A model generated the notes under the pieces. That model made no database searches, was not told the DNA's origin, and saw only the letters and a list, made by a program, of their open reading frames with translations. A stretch of DNA of 64,000 nucleotides from Chrysomallon squamiferum (lineage: Eukaryota; Animalia; Mollusca), in assembly GCA_012295275.1 (NCBI GenBank), contig CM022671.1, positions 12,152,001 through 12,216,000 on the forward strand, given 5' to 3'. Numbering within the stretch: position 1 is the stretch's first letter; every line of letters begins with the position of its first letter. Made by a program: the position numbers and the translations under genes. Shown one piece after another: positions 29,457-43,891 of this stretch.

Positions 29457-31931
29457 AGTAAGTATTAACCTAAAAGTAGCAAATCACAGGGCTTGTTAGC
29501 TTATCACCATATTGCTTGTTACAAGTAACTGCAGTAATTGATTTCTAATGTTTACGAGAAATTTCCGCCATGCTTTAGACCCGTGTAAAAATAGATATTT
29601 TATTACTAATGTTTATATTTTTAATACGTCATTTCAAATTTAATATTTTAAATCGTTTATGTGAGAAGGATTTAATGTCAATCAATACAGTATGAATTAA
29701 TTTATATGCCAACACTTTTGATTTCAATTGTCAGCAAGATATTTATTTATTTATTTATTTATTTTCCTTTTATCTACTTAAATCAAGTGAAGCATAAAGA
29801 TTTACGAAACACAAGAGGAAATTAAGCATGTATGCACGAACATACCATTTAATTTTTCCTTTTCCTGTTCATAACAAAGATTTTAACATTTGACCTTAAA
29901 CTATGCATTTTTCATTTCGTAATATGTATGTAATGTATCTGTATATTAGTGATGAATGAATCGGACAGCTTTCTAAAATGAGAAAATAAATTAACAGCCT
30001 TCGTTTTCTCACGGTCAGTCACATTGCTGTTGCACTGAACATATGCGAAGAGACATACTAAATAAACATAACATGATTTATATATACAAACGTCCACACA
30101 AGCATATATAAATTGTTTTGATAACATATATATATATATATATTATTTAAATATTTATCAGTATCTGACTAACTGGAACAGTTAAACACTAAGCTAAACT
30201 TTTTATTTATTTATTTATTTATTTATTTTATTGATATGTTGTATTTGTTAAAGAAAATATTTTGATAATTTGTGGAAATATTATATTTTATTATAAATAA
30301 TACATTAATCTACACTGCTTTCAGCAGTGAGTAGACACTGAGCTGAGGTATAAACATTTATAATTTTATAAAAGTATTTTTCAAAAGACATAATAATAAA
30401 TATTAATAACAGCAGAACAACAACAACAACAACAACAACAACAATAATAATAATAATAATAATAATAATCATAATAATGATAATTCTCTGATGGTGTTGG
30501 GTGTTATTCAGTCAAATGATAAACAACTGACAGGCTTTCAACAAATGTAACACCTATCAATTTGTTGTTTTTCTTTTCCACTTTTTTATTTTTATTTATT
30601 TATTTTATTTTTTTTAATTATTAGAAAGTTATAACACTGCATAAAAATAACATATCTGTACAGTTGACAACCTGAGTGGATTTCATAAATAAATTATAAA
30701 TTATTTTCCTTCCTGTATAGATTTGTATCTCGATAATCTGCAGCAATGGTTTAGTTTACTAAAGAGTAATATTCCTGTTATCTGAAGTTTAGTGTTTTAC
30801 TTTAAAGACAAATCAGACAAAACTGACCACTGAAACTAACAGACCGTATTAAATCATTAAGACACATGATCTAGCAAGTTTTAATACATCTCAGTATCAG
30901 TTTAATGTGTTTTTTCAGCAGCTATAATTCGTGAACCCAGATTATGAATAAATTAACTTTGCAAATTAATTTTATATCAGAGTAATTTGATTTGCAATAA
31001 AATTTAACTGGTATTTTTTTTTTCCTTACTATATCAAGAAAAGTGATACAGCACAAGCTGTATATAATGTAACAGTGTGAAAATCTTTATTTTTTTTATA
31101 TATAAACCACTTTTAAGAAAAATAATATTAACAGATATTAGCTTATCTTTACTTACGTTAATTACAACATTAGAAAGCTTGAAATAATGATCAATACAAA
31201 AAGAACAGTTAAACTGATAAGCTACAAAAATAACACTACTGACACAAGCGGTAAATAACCAGAACCAACTAGTTTGAAAATACGTTTTTTTTTTTTCCCC
31301 AACATCATATAATTAATTATCGGACTTTAATGGATGAACAAATTTGTTTTCTTCGTGTATAGTGTTTGCGTGACAGCATGTGTGTCTTTATACACATGTG
31401 ATCGAATGTATAAGGAGACGTATACATTCCTTGTACTAATCTGTTTTACTTCAGTATATTAACTTTATTTTTATTGCTCATGATTAGAATTCTTAGTAAT
31501 AAATCAAACCTAAATATCCCCAAACAAAAACTGTCTTCAAGCTGACACTGAAACAGAACTGAAAAACACTACTGTTTAAAAAGTTTCAAATTAAGTAATT
31601 GATTCATTTAAATAATTGTTTACTTTAAACTGTATAATTCGTTTGTAAATAATTGTTTTTAACAACTCGAAAATCAATAATATCTCTGAATAGAAAATAC
31701 TTTAGACAACATCTTTTCCAAATGTTACTGCTCTTAAAATTTTTCCAAATCACTAATTTGTTTATTTTCTAATATAAGAACTACCATTGTTGTTACTATA
31801 TTTATCGTCGCTATTGTCGTTGTAGCTGTGACCATAGTCGTGGTTGTCGTTGCTGGGTTTTTAAAATTAATTAATTTATTAATTAATTATTTTATTTATT
31901 TACATGTTGGTTTTCTTTTCAGTTACGTAAG

Positions 31932-33943
31932 ATGGCAAAATCATCAGTGCAAAGCACAACGTCCAAATCTCGCTTTCTGAAGTGTCTGTTCTGCACACAT
32001 CATTTTTCATTGGGCGAACGTAAACCTTGGTTTCTGAAATGTTGTTTGAACACTGTGTGCTCGAGATGTGCACAAAAACTCTACATAACCGAGAGCGGGC
32101 ACGTGGAATGTCCGATCTGTCGAAGGAAAGTTCCAGCAGAAGACTCTTTTAGAGGAAGTGACAACAGTGTCATACAGACAAGCCGTGACACTACTGCCTG
32201 TCCTGATGATGTCTCTGTGGATGGATTCTCTATAGACAGTCACGTGAATGGCACAGAAAATGGAATTAATTACCAGAACGGATTGAAAACTGAAAATGAA
32301 AAGCAAAAGCAACAAGTAAACGGATTGACGTCTGTGTCAGACAGCTCTAGTGTTAGTTCCAGAAGTAAGACAAACAGGATTAGAGACGACAGCGTGTCTG
32401 TAAACAGTGAGAGCGATTTCACTGATGATCTAACTGTAGCAGATGCAGAAGATGTTGAATTATTACTAAATGTAACTTATGACAATGAGTCAGTTTTCTC
32501 TGATACATGCAGTACCATGACGTCGTTGTCTGTGTCTTTACCGCTTGACCCAATCAGAGTGAAGGCGATAGAATTCAATAAAGTTCAGAACGACAACCTT
32601 CTTCCATGCCAGGTGTGTAATCTGTCACGTACCTCCTCCTGGCGGTGTGAAAACTGTTGTATGTTTCTATGCGACGACTGTCAGGTTAAGCATAAATTTG
32701 ATGTGAAAACGAAAAGACATGCACTGGTTCCCTTCGACGTCCTGAAATCAAGACCATTAAAACTGTTTAATCACAACCATTTTTGTCAAGTACATCCGTT
32801 CTCCAGACTCACTCTTTTCTGCTGCTCCTGTAACGTTGTCATCTGCAGCACGTGTACACGAAACGCACATGAACGTAAAACACACAGTGTTACAACGGTC
32901 CAGGAAGCGTTTGGTAAAAGAGTGAAGGTTACTAGTCAGCTTCTCGCAGACGCACAGGCGAAAATAAAAACCATATCTCAACGATCAAACAGACTAAAAC
33001 AAAAAACTGAATGTTCTATGGTATCCATAAACTGTGCTGAAAAGCTAATTACCTCAACGTTTGACGCTATTTCAGAAGCTATTAACCAAAGGAAAAATGA
33101 ACTTATAACCGAGTTGTTCAGATCTCAGACTCCCGAATCATTTGAGGACACAGAGAAAATAGGAAGCCAGCTGTCTCTCCTGCACACTGCACATGACTAT
33201 ACTAACGAACTCAGATCTAAAGCGGACTGTGTTGAGTTCCTTCAGCAGTATCCCAGTGTTAGTGAAACATTGAGAAATTTAATAGAGTTAGAAAGTGAAG
33301 AAGTTGAATATTCAAGAAAAGGTGTGATGTATGAAGATACGTATTTTGATCTGGTACTGAAATTAATTAAGAACATTGGAAATTTGAAATCTGTAACTTT
33401 TAAACCAATAGAAAATGCGAACAAAGATGAAGTCACCATTAAACCATTTCATACCACTGAAGGTAAGCCTTTGTTTTTGTTCCTCTATTTAACAATAATT
33501 AAAATATTTTGACTTTTTAAAAAATAATAATCACAATAATAATTATTTAATGAATTATATGTTTGTTTGTTTTTTTTGTTGTTTTTTCTTAATATCTTTT
33601 AAATAATTTTTTTAAACTTTAGAATCTTTCTGTTCTTAATATTCTTTTTTCTTCTTCGTCATGATCATCATCATATTTTATTTATATTTATGATTTTTTA
33701 TCTTGTTATTGTTACTTTACTATAAATTTAATAGTTACACCCCATATTCTTTATTCCACATATTTCAATCAATATTTTAGTGACGTCATTGGAGTCTTCG
33801 TTTGTCCTGTCTGGAGATATTTTTCCTCAAGAAAGCAACAGCTGTGAATTAAAATGTAAGTTTATATACATAAGTATTATAATTGTTAGTATATAGATAT
33901 ATATACTGCATGTTCTGGAGGATGGTGCATGTGTGTGTGTGTA

Positions 33944-34026
<83 letters not shown>

Positions 34027-35174
34027 CCTGTTTGGTAAGCTTTTTAATTACTATTTTGTCTTCTAGGTTTACCGAACAATCGGATGATCATCCTTCAGAC
34101 TTCAAATACAGTTGTCAGTATTAATTGTAAGTATATCTAACAGAACAAGTATTTTACATGATTTTAACATTGTGTAAGTAATAATTAAATGCTGAAAATA
34201 GCTATTTTATAAACGGGCTATAGCTTAGTGGTACACTAATAATTTGAAGTGTAATTGTTCGTAGTGCTTTCTCAGAGAATACTCTTTTCAGTCAGGGCTG
34301 TGGAGATTATCAAATGTATTTTGTTATTTATGCTAGCTGTTTACTCTCTTATAATAATCATAAAAAAACATGGTTTACATGTAGTAAATTTTAATCCTTA
34401 ATTCATATTTATAACGGTTTTTTGTTGTTGTTGTTTTTTTCACTAGGTCCCACTCTTAATTTTGATCAAGGAACAATGTTTGCTGAGAGGTCAATTTTAG
34501 GTGACGACATCATGACAAACCACCCACCTGAAGAACCTCTGCCGGAGACTGGTTGCCGACTCAAGGCCTATCCAGGCGCTTTGGCTGACAGAACTCTGTG
34601 TGGGTACGCAGTAATAAACTCAAACTGGCCAGTCTTACCCAAAGGCAAATACATGTGGGTAACAAAAACTATGATGTCTCTGAAACAAAAGATTCCTGAC
34701 AACAAAATGGTGTTCGAAGCGGCTCTCACGGACAGACCGGTGGACGCTAGATTCAGTCAGAGAATTGGGTCAAGTGTTGTCCTTGCTGGTTGTGATCAGC
34801 ATCAATCGTTGTGTCTCAAAGTTAAGTATAACGGAAAGGTAATGGCACATATACCTAGCGGAAAAAATAGACCATCGGAAAAAGGACACTACGACATAGG
34901 ATTCCTGCTTGATCTTGATAACACGACATTACATATATTCAATATGCTCTCAGGACAGTGTATTTTCTCTATTCATGATATCGATGTAACAAGACCTCTT
35001 AGGCCCGTTTTCTGTGTAGGACGATACACATTTGCTGACATTAAGTTAAGATTAGTTACGGGAAATAAGGTTGCCTTACCTGAAGGCGTGAGCGCTATTT
35101 TGAGAAGTATATATGATGATGATAGATGCAGTACGCTGACGTTTACTGTTGACGAATCAGCGGGCGTCAAATAA
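31932..35174 (+). CDS. TRIM-family protein (RING, two B-boxes, coiled coil, SPRY/B30.2-like C-terminus), ~797 aa, 4 coding exons
   Basis: Exons 31932-33462, 33781-33855, 34067-34126, 34447-35174 in frame. RING CLFC..CCLNTVCSRC..CPICR; B-box1 CQVC..CENCCMFLCDDC..H..H; B-box2 CQVHPFSRLTLFCCSCNVVICSTC...H..H; helical region; SPRY-type YDIGFLLDLDNTTLHIFN...PLRPVFCV. Confidence 0.9.
33947..34024. repeat. (AG)n microsatellite
   Basis: Read directly. Confidence 0.95.
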
Positions 35175-35972
35175 TTCTTCTAAGTACACAAAGGACACAT
35201 TAGATATATTCCCTGACTGTCTGGGAAAAGAGCGCGGTTAAGTGAGGGGGTCCTGCCGGTACTTTGTTCCGTGGCCCAAGAGCTAAGAAGGGCCCCACAC
35301 CAACTATACAAAATCCAAATCGAGAAAAAGCCCTTTCTGCTACCCTCGGCCCGACATAAACTTACATTCACATATACAAACATCACTATACTTGTCACTA
35401 ATTAATTGAATATTTTGTTACATTATGTTCTATCTGATCATGGAAATAAAGTATTTATGAGAGTTTACATGTAGATTTACTGGACATGAAATCCTCAATC
35501 TTTGCCTGCCTCGGAGCCTAATTTATATTGCTGTTTAATTTAAAAATTGATAAAATCATATTGCAGGGGATTATTTATTTAGTGGTTTCACATAATCTGG
35601 AAAGATTAAATGATGGGGAAATATTAAAAACAAGAAAAAAGAAACAATGTCTGTCGATATATACGTTTTAAATATACATGTATAATTTATAAATGTAACT
35701 GTAAAGTGGCTTATGTGAAAATAATGAAAAATGAGTTACTTATCTGTGATTATTTAATATTTATGTTTTAAACCTTCCATGTATGATACTTTGTCTTATG
35801 TCTTGCTTTTTTTTTTTTTTTTTTAAAATAATAAATGATAAACGTTCTACGTTTTTATTGAATACTTTATTTTCTGCTTACCAACATATTCACTGTGATA
35901 TTAACAGGTCGCCGGATCAGTTCTCCATGTTGCCCCTTCCCCTACTATATATAATATATATAATAAAAATTA

Positions 35973-36026
<54 letters not shown>

Positions 36027-36909
36027 CGCACTCACGAGAACACAGCTGTTTAACTCGTGCTGCAGAGCGATATTTTTATTACGTTAAGAGAAACTTTGAT
36101 CTTCCCTGCATGCGATGACGTCACCATATATGCGCACACAAACATAGACACACATACACACACATACACACAAACACGCATACGAATACAAAATAACGGA
36201 ACAGAAAATGAGCAAGTACAAAATAGGTGAGTCTAAAATACAAAGGATGTTTATAGAATATTTTTGTATTCAGAAGCTATTCACGAACGGAGATAAACAG
36301 ATATTGTTAATTAGTGCATCAAATGTCTTATCATTAATTTTTAACATATGCATACATACATATAAATTCAAATGGCAAACAAAGGAAACAATTTATGAGA
36401 AGACTAATTATAATTTCGTCATTCTAAAGTTTGATTGAGATTATACTGAGTTTTAAATATCTGCGTCTGGAGACGTTACAAGAAGATTGTGCCATTGGCA
36501 AACAAGTTCTGAAAAGAAGAATTTATCATTTACATAAAAAAAAGTATTCTTTTCAGAACTTGTTTTCTTGATTATCGCTGCCTTGAAATATAGAACAATA
36601 AATACAACTTTGAAAAATATTCTCTTCACTCTGTATTCAAATTCTCTCTTGAAATGTTTGCAATTTAGGCTTGGATAATTTGTAAATATTTTTCTAGGGT
36701 ATAAAATATTCTTTTTCACCGCTTAATGTATGTATGTTGGTTCCGCTAAATAAAGTGTTGTTTTAGAGATAAAATATGTGTTTTGCGAAATCACACTGCA
36801 TTGTTTAGGCTGCTGTAACTACAGACATCTTGTTTTCTGATTAAATGTTACATTTTTTTTGTAAGCATTTATATATGTATGTATGTGTGTGTGTGTGTAC
36901 GAACGTACG

Positions 36910-38449
36910 TACGTATGTATGTATGTATATGTTTATGTCTATTATTCACATTCTATAAAAGAGAAATTTACAACGACTGTGAATTTTATGTACAAAATAA
37001 ACATTCAGTAAACAACCCTATATAGATTACATACGAATACATGAATATTATAATCTGGTTCAAGGACATCTATGAGTATCGTACTATAAGTATTACGCTA
37101 AATGTGATTATGAGATTATTCATTCATACACACCAAATCCAACTCTCACATGCACCGGATTCAGACTGTAGCACATACATTTAAAACAACAACAACAACA
37201 ACAGCAACAACAATAATAATAATAACAATAATAATAATAACAATAATAATAATAATAATATTGTCGTGAATTGATGTATTGAAATTCATACGATTTTTAA
37301 AAAGTATATAAACAAAAAGGTTATCGCAACAACAACAGTGGTTAATAAACACATTCCAAGGAAAATCATTTGATTAAATCCTTGCTTTTTCTAAGACTTA
37401 AAAGACTCTGCATATCTTATGACCAGACCATGATCAAATTTTAAAACATAAATTACTTATTTGCATAGTAATTCTTTTATTTATGGATAATTTAAAGGAG
37501 AACAGTGGTTTATATTTTCTTTTCCGAAAACACACAATTTCCGATACATTGCTCAAAGGGTTATGAACGTTACGATAGTTCAAACCTAAGGCCTCTGTTA
37601 TAATATTAAACCTAGGAAAACTATTTGAAAAAGATGTTTGAGGAGATTTAATGGCCTTATATAATTTTACCTGAAACGAAGGAACGGTTTGCCTGACATG
37701 TGAACAATAATACTGTCAGATGCTTTTGTTCGGGGATTATATAGCATACACTACTTTGCTGCTAGGTTTTATGTTTTGCTCTAGTCAGAAATAGTACATT
37801 TATTACATTAGATAATTACAATAAAGCAGTCTTTAAATTCAACCCTTTGTCTCACCATTATTGTATTTTCAGATCTACTTAATTATATTACGTCATCGTA
37901 GTGTAGAAATATTTTGCAAGAATGAACAACCAGCTGCTTCTTAAATACTAAACATAAATGAAACAAATTTACGTGTTAGGTAAATTTACATGTTAGGTTG
38001 ATAATGACGCTCAGACAAATGGAAATATTCAGACGGGTAAACGTCAGAATTTTAGATCAATGTAAAATGTAAAAATACATTTGAATAATTATAAGCTGGC
38101 GCCAGGTGGTCCCCTCTTTCATCCTACACATTACCGTCAGGTGCTGGGTATTTGTGTAAACAACTGGGGAGGAAAACAATATATATATTTATACAACTTT
38201 TCTTTTCACATAGCTTGAAAAACATTCGTTTCGCTCTCTATTCTAATTCTAAAGACCAGACGACTTTCTGCCAGACCTTGCATCCCTGATAAGAAAGCAG
38301 AAATAAACGATCAAAAAACGTCGAATCTAAAATCGCTGGGTTACCTTTTCTTGGAACCCTTCAGTATTATACAACCGGTAAGTGTCTTTGTTATATAATA
38401 AAAACATTACATTAAAATTCACTAATGATTCACTAATGATTCACTAATG

Positions 38450-38490
<41 letters not shown>

Positions 38491-39180
38491 TATGTATATG
38501 TATATTATATCCTGTTCCTAAGGTGAACATTCTCACAAGATAACTCATTGTCAAGGACGAGTTATTCTGTATTAAACACTAGATGTCACTAGATGTCGAT
38601 TACAGGTCGCTGTATTTAAGGTACTGTATTGAAATAATCAAAGATACATTTAATAATAATTATAATTATAATAAATTATAAAGCTGAGGAATAGTTAATA
38701 CAAATTTTAATTAGTATCTAAACTGTTTGTAATGTTAGTATTGTTAATCAGTATTCGTAGTAAAAATAAGTACAGTGTTGGTGTAAAAATCGTTTTATTT
38801 ATTATAAATTGCTTATAAATAACAGTAAAAACAAACTAGAACATGTTTTTTTATAATCGTTTTTATTTCATTTAATATTTGTTCTGAAAAATATTAAAAA
38901 CACTTAATTTTATTTATTTTGAGTGTTAATTTGTGTTGGTAATTTAATTCACTCATTAATCTCTCAAAGATACTTTTCTTTACAATTATAAGACATGTAT
39001 GGTAGACCGAACGTATCATAACATCTAACTTCACTTTTTTCTTTCTTTTTCCTTACCTTTTCTTTTTTAAAGCTATTATCACTTACCTTAAATTTAAACC
39101 AGAATTAATTTTTTACAGTGCACAGAGAAATCTCAAACATAATACTGTAAATATCAAATTAGCTGTGAACCCATTAACAG
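36910..39180 (+). pseudogene. Decayed partial duplicate of the CYP44-like locus (upstream region, exon 1 remnant at ~38213-38377, and a piece matching the 3' flank)
   Basis: 36910-37110 resembles 40170-40390; 37880-38400 resembles 40560-41105; 39006-39180 resembles 50125-50278. The exon-1 copy lacks the ATG-containing segment and has a 22-nt deletion, but keeps the G|gtaagt donor. Confidence 0.85.
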
Positions 39181-40885
39181 TTATTGCTTACAATGGTCAA
39201 TCTATGGTCAGTCTATAGTCTGTAAAGTAATACTGCTGAAGTAATTACATCACAATCATATTAATGTTTAGTATCCGTCACGAGACCCGAACAGCAGTCT
39301 TGGAACGGTTCTTTACATGACACGAACATTTTACACGAACGCTTTGAAATTGGACGAATTATACCCTCTTGACGACAGCAAGTTCTCCATGATTAGTGAC
39401 GTTTACAGATTTCGCTGTCCATTCACGGTTCTAAAAATAGCAGTTCTTGTGTTTTTTTCAGATGTACGTTATTGCGTCTGTAAATAATGTCTCCAACCTA
39501 GACTTCATAGGAACGTTCCTGAAGACGATTTGTAACAAAATCTCTTGCCTGCTGATTCTCACCAATCTTGAATATTTTCATGTTACTTCTTTTAAGGGGA
39601 AGTAAATCTTTGCCATTTCTTTGGTCAAATTTCCTTGCTTTTTCTGGTGATACTGTTTTCAGCTTCCGTGTTGAGCGATGGCTTTACGAGAGTTTGTGAG
39701 GTAGGAAGGGGAAGAATCGTTGTACGTCATTATTTAATGTAATCATTTAGACAACATATATATAAATGACTATATGTATATATGTATATGTATAAATATA
39801 TGTATATATATATACACACACAATTTTATATGCGTACTTGTGTGAGAGTGAGAGGTCCTGACAGACTGAGGCAAATTTGTACTTTTATGCAGTGCACTAA
39901 AGTATTTCCTTTCTTTTATCTTTCTGTTTCAGGGATAAAATTTGTATTGTGACATTACAGTGCACTGTTTATGCTATTATAATTACAGAAATAATGGTAT
40001 TTATGTGTGTAAGTATGCGAGTGTTTTCAAATCTGGTACTATTAGTCAGCCTATCAAGGTCGTCACTTTGTTTAACTTGGTGCATTAATGATGAGATAAA
40101 CCAAAATGTATTTGTTACGTGGCATAATACACATTTTATCTTTGTAACAGACTACTGAAATTACAGAATGTATGTATGTATGTATGTATGTTTATGTTGT
40201 TATTCACATTCTGTAATAGAGAAATTTATAGACAACTCAATATTTTTTGTGGGATGATTGTAAATTTTATTAAAATAAATCATCAGTAATTAACCATGTA
40301 TAGGTTACATACGAATAAATGAATATTATAATTTTGTTTAAATCTTTATGATTACAATAATAACGAATATTACGCTGAAATGTGATTTAAAAAAATATAT
40401 ATTTATTTTATATTTTTGTTTTGCAATAGATAGAAATATACCATTTATTACATTCGACAAGTGATCTAAAAAGAATATATCCTTATAAATATTATAAAAC
40501 ATCAGTAATAAAAATCATTTAAATTTAAACCATTGCCAAAATATTATTATATTTTCTATTTAATTATATTACATCGTTGCAATGTAGAAATATTGTGATA
40601 ATGAATAAGCATACTTCAACATAAAGGAAACAAATTTACATGTAAGGTAAATTATGATTTTGCTGATAATGACGCACAGACAAACGGAAACACTCAAACA
40701 GGTAAGCATGAGAATTAGGTCATTATAAAATGTCAAAAATACATTTGAATAATTATAAGCTGGCGCCAGGTGGTCCCCTCTTTCATCCTACACATTACCG
40801 TCAGGTGCTGGGTATTTGTGTAAACAACTGGGGAGGAAAACAATATATATATTTATACAACTTTTCTATTCATATAGCTTGAACA

Positions 40886-42392
40886 ATGAAAGGAAAAACA
40901 TTCGTTTGGCTCTGCATTCAAAATCTGAAGACAAACACAAGACGACTTTCTGCCAGACCTTGCATCCTTGATAAGAAAGCAGAAACAAACGATCTAAAAA
41001 CGTCGAATCTAAAATCGTTTTCAGAAATACCGGGGCCGGCTGGCTTACCCTTTCTTGGAACTCTTCTGTATTATAAAACCGGTAAGTGTCTTTGTTACAT
41101 AATAAAATACTAGACAGAACACAGAAAAAGAGACAAAATTAACCTATATTATTTTACAGTAACCATATAAATTGTATATGCAATCAGAATAACAGTATTT
41201 TTATTTTGAACAAATGTCCGAGATAAGGACTGTTTTCGTTTTAAAAAATATTTTGATAGAAGCTACCATCAGAAAGCTTTCAAAAATTAAGATAGAACTT
41301 CAAGCAATTTTATCATTTTAAAGATTATATTATATTATATTATATTATATTATATTATATTATATTATATTATATTATATTACATTATATTATATTATGT
41401 TATGTTATGGTATGTTATATTGCATTATTTGTTTTTAGTTATTTATTTATTCCTCGCGATCTTAACTATTATTTATTTTCGAATGCAAATGACAAAACTA
41501 TTTAAAAATTATTTTCAAATATGTTTAGCTTCGCTTGATCTAATACCATACATCAGCATTAGGCTCGTATATACAGGTAGGCCACATTTAACTGTTGAAT
41601 AGATCCCTGTTGAATAACTATATCATCAGATCCTTACTAAATAAATGCCGTTAATTTTGCTTTTCCAAATCCAGTGGTACCTTGACTTACGAGTTTAATT
41701 CGTTCCGTGACCGAGCTCGTATCTCAATTTACTCGAATATCAAATCAATTTTCCCAACTGAAATACCATTAATCCATTCCAGCCCCCCAAAACCACCCCA
41801 TATTTTCTTCTTCTTTGTAACGTGTTTTTAAATAAGAAAAATGTATTTACAAATGACAAATATTGTATAAAAAAACAAAATAAAAGAGAATGTAAAGAAA
41901 TAAATTGGTTTTGTAAAGTGTATTTATCTTGGAGATCAGACAAATTATTTTAACACCTTCGGCTGGAGTTACAGCCTTTATCGACTCCTTCAGCTTCAGT
42001 ATGGTTCATATCGTAGAAGTACTATACTCGTACTGCCTAGCCAAGTCGACTATATGCACACCTCGTTCGTGTTATTCTATGAATTCAAACTTTAATTCAA
42101 TGGACATCGTCCGCTTCTTCTCCGCACTGTCATTTGCACTCACTTTCTTAGGATCCATGGCCAGAAAAAAGAAATTTGGCAAAATACTGCACAAAACGCG
42201 AGCACAACACAACAGAAATGCTTCCGCGGAGAGGTAACCATGTGAAGTAAACGAGTGAGACGTAGGATGCTGGCTGGATGTTATACTGGTCATTGCACCA
42301 ACTAACGGTGGCGTATCTGAAGCTCGCTCGTAACTCGGATATTGGCTCGCAACTCAAAGCAAAAAACGCCTAGGCGACTGCTCCTATATGTG

Positions 42393-42435
<43 letters not shown>

Positions 42436-43831
42436 CTTGAAACATCAGCTTTACATTTAAACCTCAGCGGATTTATTCTTGTCCGCTGCTTATGTAGTTG
42501 TCTTCCTGTTCAAATTATTTATTTTTGTTCATAATTCTTTCATTTTTTTTTTTTAAATATGTATAAAGCATAGGGTCGACGTAACTAATTGTACTTTATT
42601 CGCACTTTATATAAAAAATAAAAATTTAAAATTGTACGCGATTAAATCATTAAAGAGTAAAATGATTTTTATTTTTTGTTATTTAATACTATTGACTTAA
42701 TAGTATAGGAGAAGGCTTTAACATACTTGCATTTTATTGCAGCTCCAAGTTCAAGCTTGACAGTCAGTGGATCTATCCTCATTCGTGCTCTCTTGTGTTT
42801 ATTATTTATCTTCAATAAACTATCCCACGAAACATTTATCAAAGTCAATTGGCGGTTCTTTCCAGTCTACGGAAAGGTGATACAAATGATATGCATTGCC
42901 ACTAGTAGATGAATAAAGAGAGAGGAATTTCATCCGTTTTCTTTTTTTCTTACTGTTATACAAGAAATCTGTTAGAATCAGAAAAGAGGAACTATTAAAG
43001 TGTCATCACATATTGTTATTTTGTTATTAAATGTAATATTTTTCAGGCCGCCATTCTGTTGACCGATTCCAAGATGCTTTATTTGAGCGTTATGAGCAGT
43101 TTGGGAAGATCTGCAAAGAAACGATTGGTACTGAAACTGTGGTTCATTTGTTCGATCCAGACTACATCCAGGAAATGTACAGACAAGAAGGGAAATACCC
43201 GTCAATTCCTCCACTTATTGAGGCATCAAAGAATTACCGCGAGTTTAAACAAATATCGCCCGGCCTAGGCAATGTGTAAGAAACAGTTATTATAGTAAAT
43301 AAATAAATGTGTGTGTGTCTATGTATATGTATATATGTGTATGTGTGTGTGTGTATATACCCATACGTATGTACGAGTGTATGAGTGTGTTTGTATGTAC
43401 GTACGTATGTATTAGTCTATTTATTCTTTATTTATTTTCTTTTAATAATTCTTTATTACTTTATTTATTTAACAAAATCTTTCATATTTTTGTTTAATGT
43501 ATTTATTTATTTATCATTCATTTCTTCTTTCATTCGTTATTATTTATTTATTTTTATAATTTATTTAGTATTTATTTCATTTATTTATTATTTATTTCAT
43601 TTCTTCTTTCTTTCTTTATTATTTATCTATCGTTCGATTTACATTTGTTATTTATCTGTGTACCAAACTGTCCTTCCAACGTTTACGTCGACTGAGCTTG
43701 CTCTTGTTGTGTGGATACAAAATTTACATAGACTATGGTCACAGGTTGAATTCTGTGACCTATTATCTGTAATTATCGCTATCCTTGTTATTCAAAATTA
43801 TTGCACAGTCATAAAAAGGTTTTTAGTTGGG

Positions 43832-43891
<60 letters not shown>

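Noticed and set aside
38419-38600. Short direct repeats (TCACTAATGAT x3, CACTAGATGT x2) as a CRISPR-like array
   Set aside because: Head-to-tail slippage duplications without spacers, in eukaryotic DNA.
37060-40064. TCAAGG(A/T)C nuclear-receptor (SF-1/FTZ-F1-like) sites upstream of the CYP
   Set aside because: The matches are imperfect and short, and are not conserved between the duplicate copies, so chance is likely.
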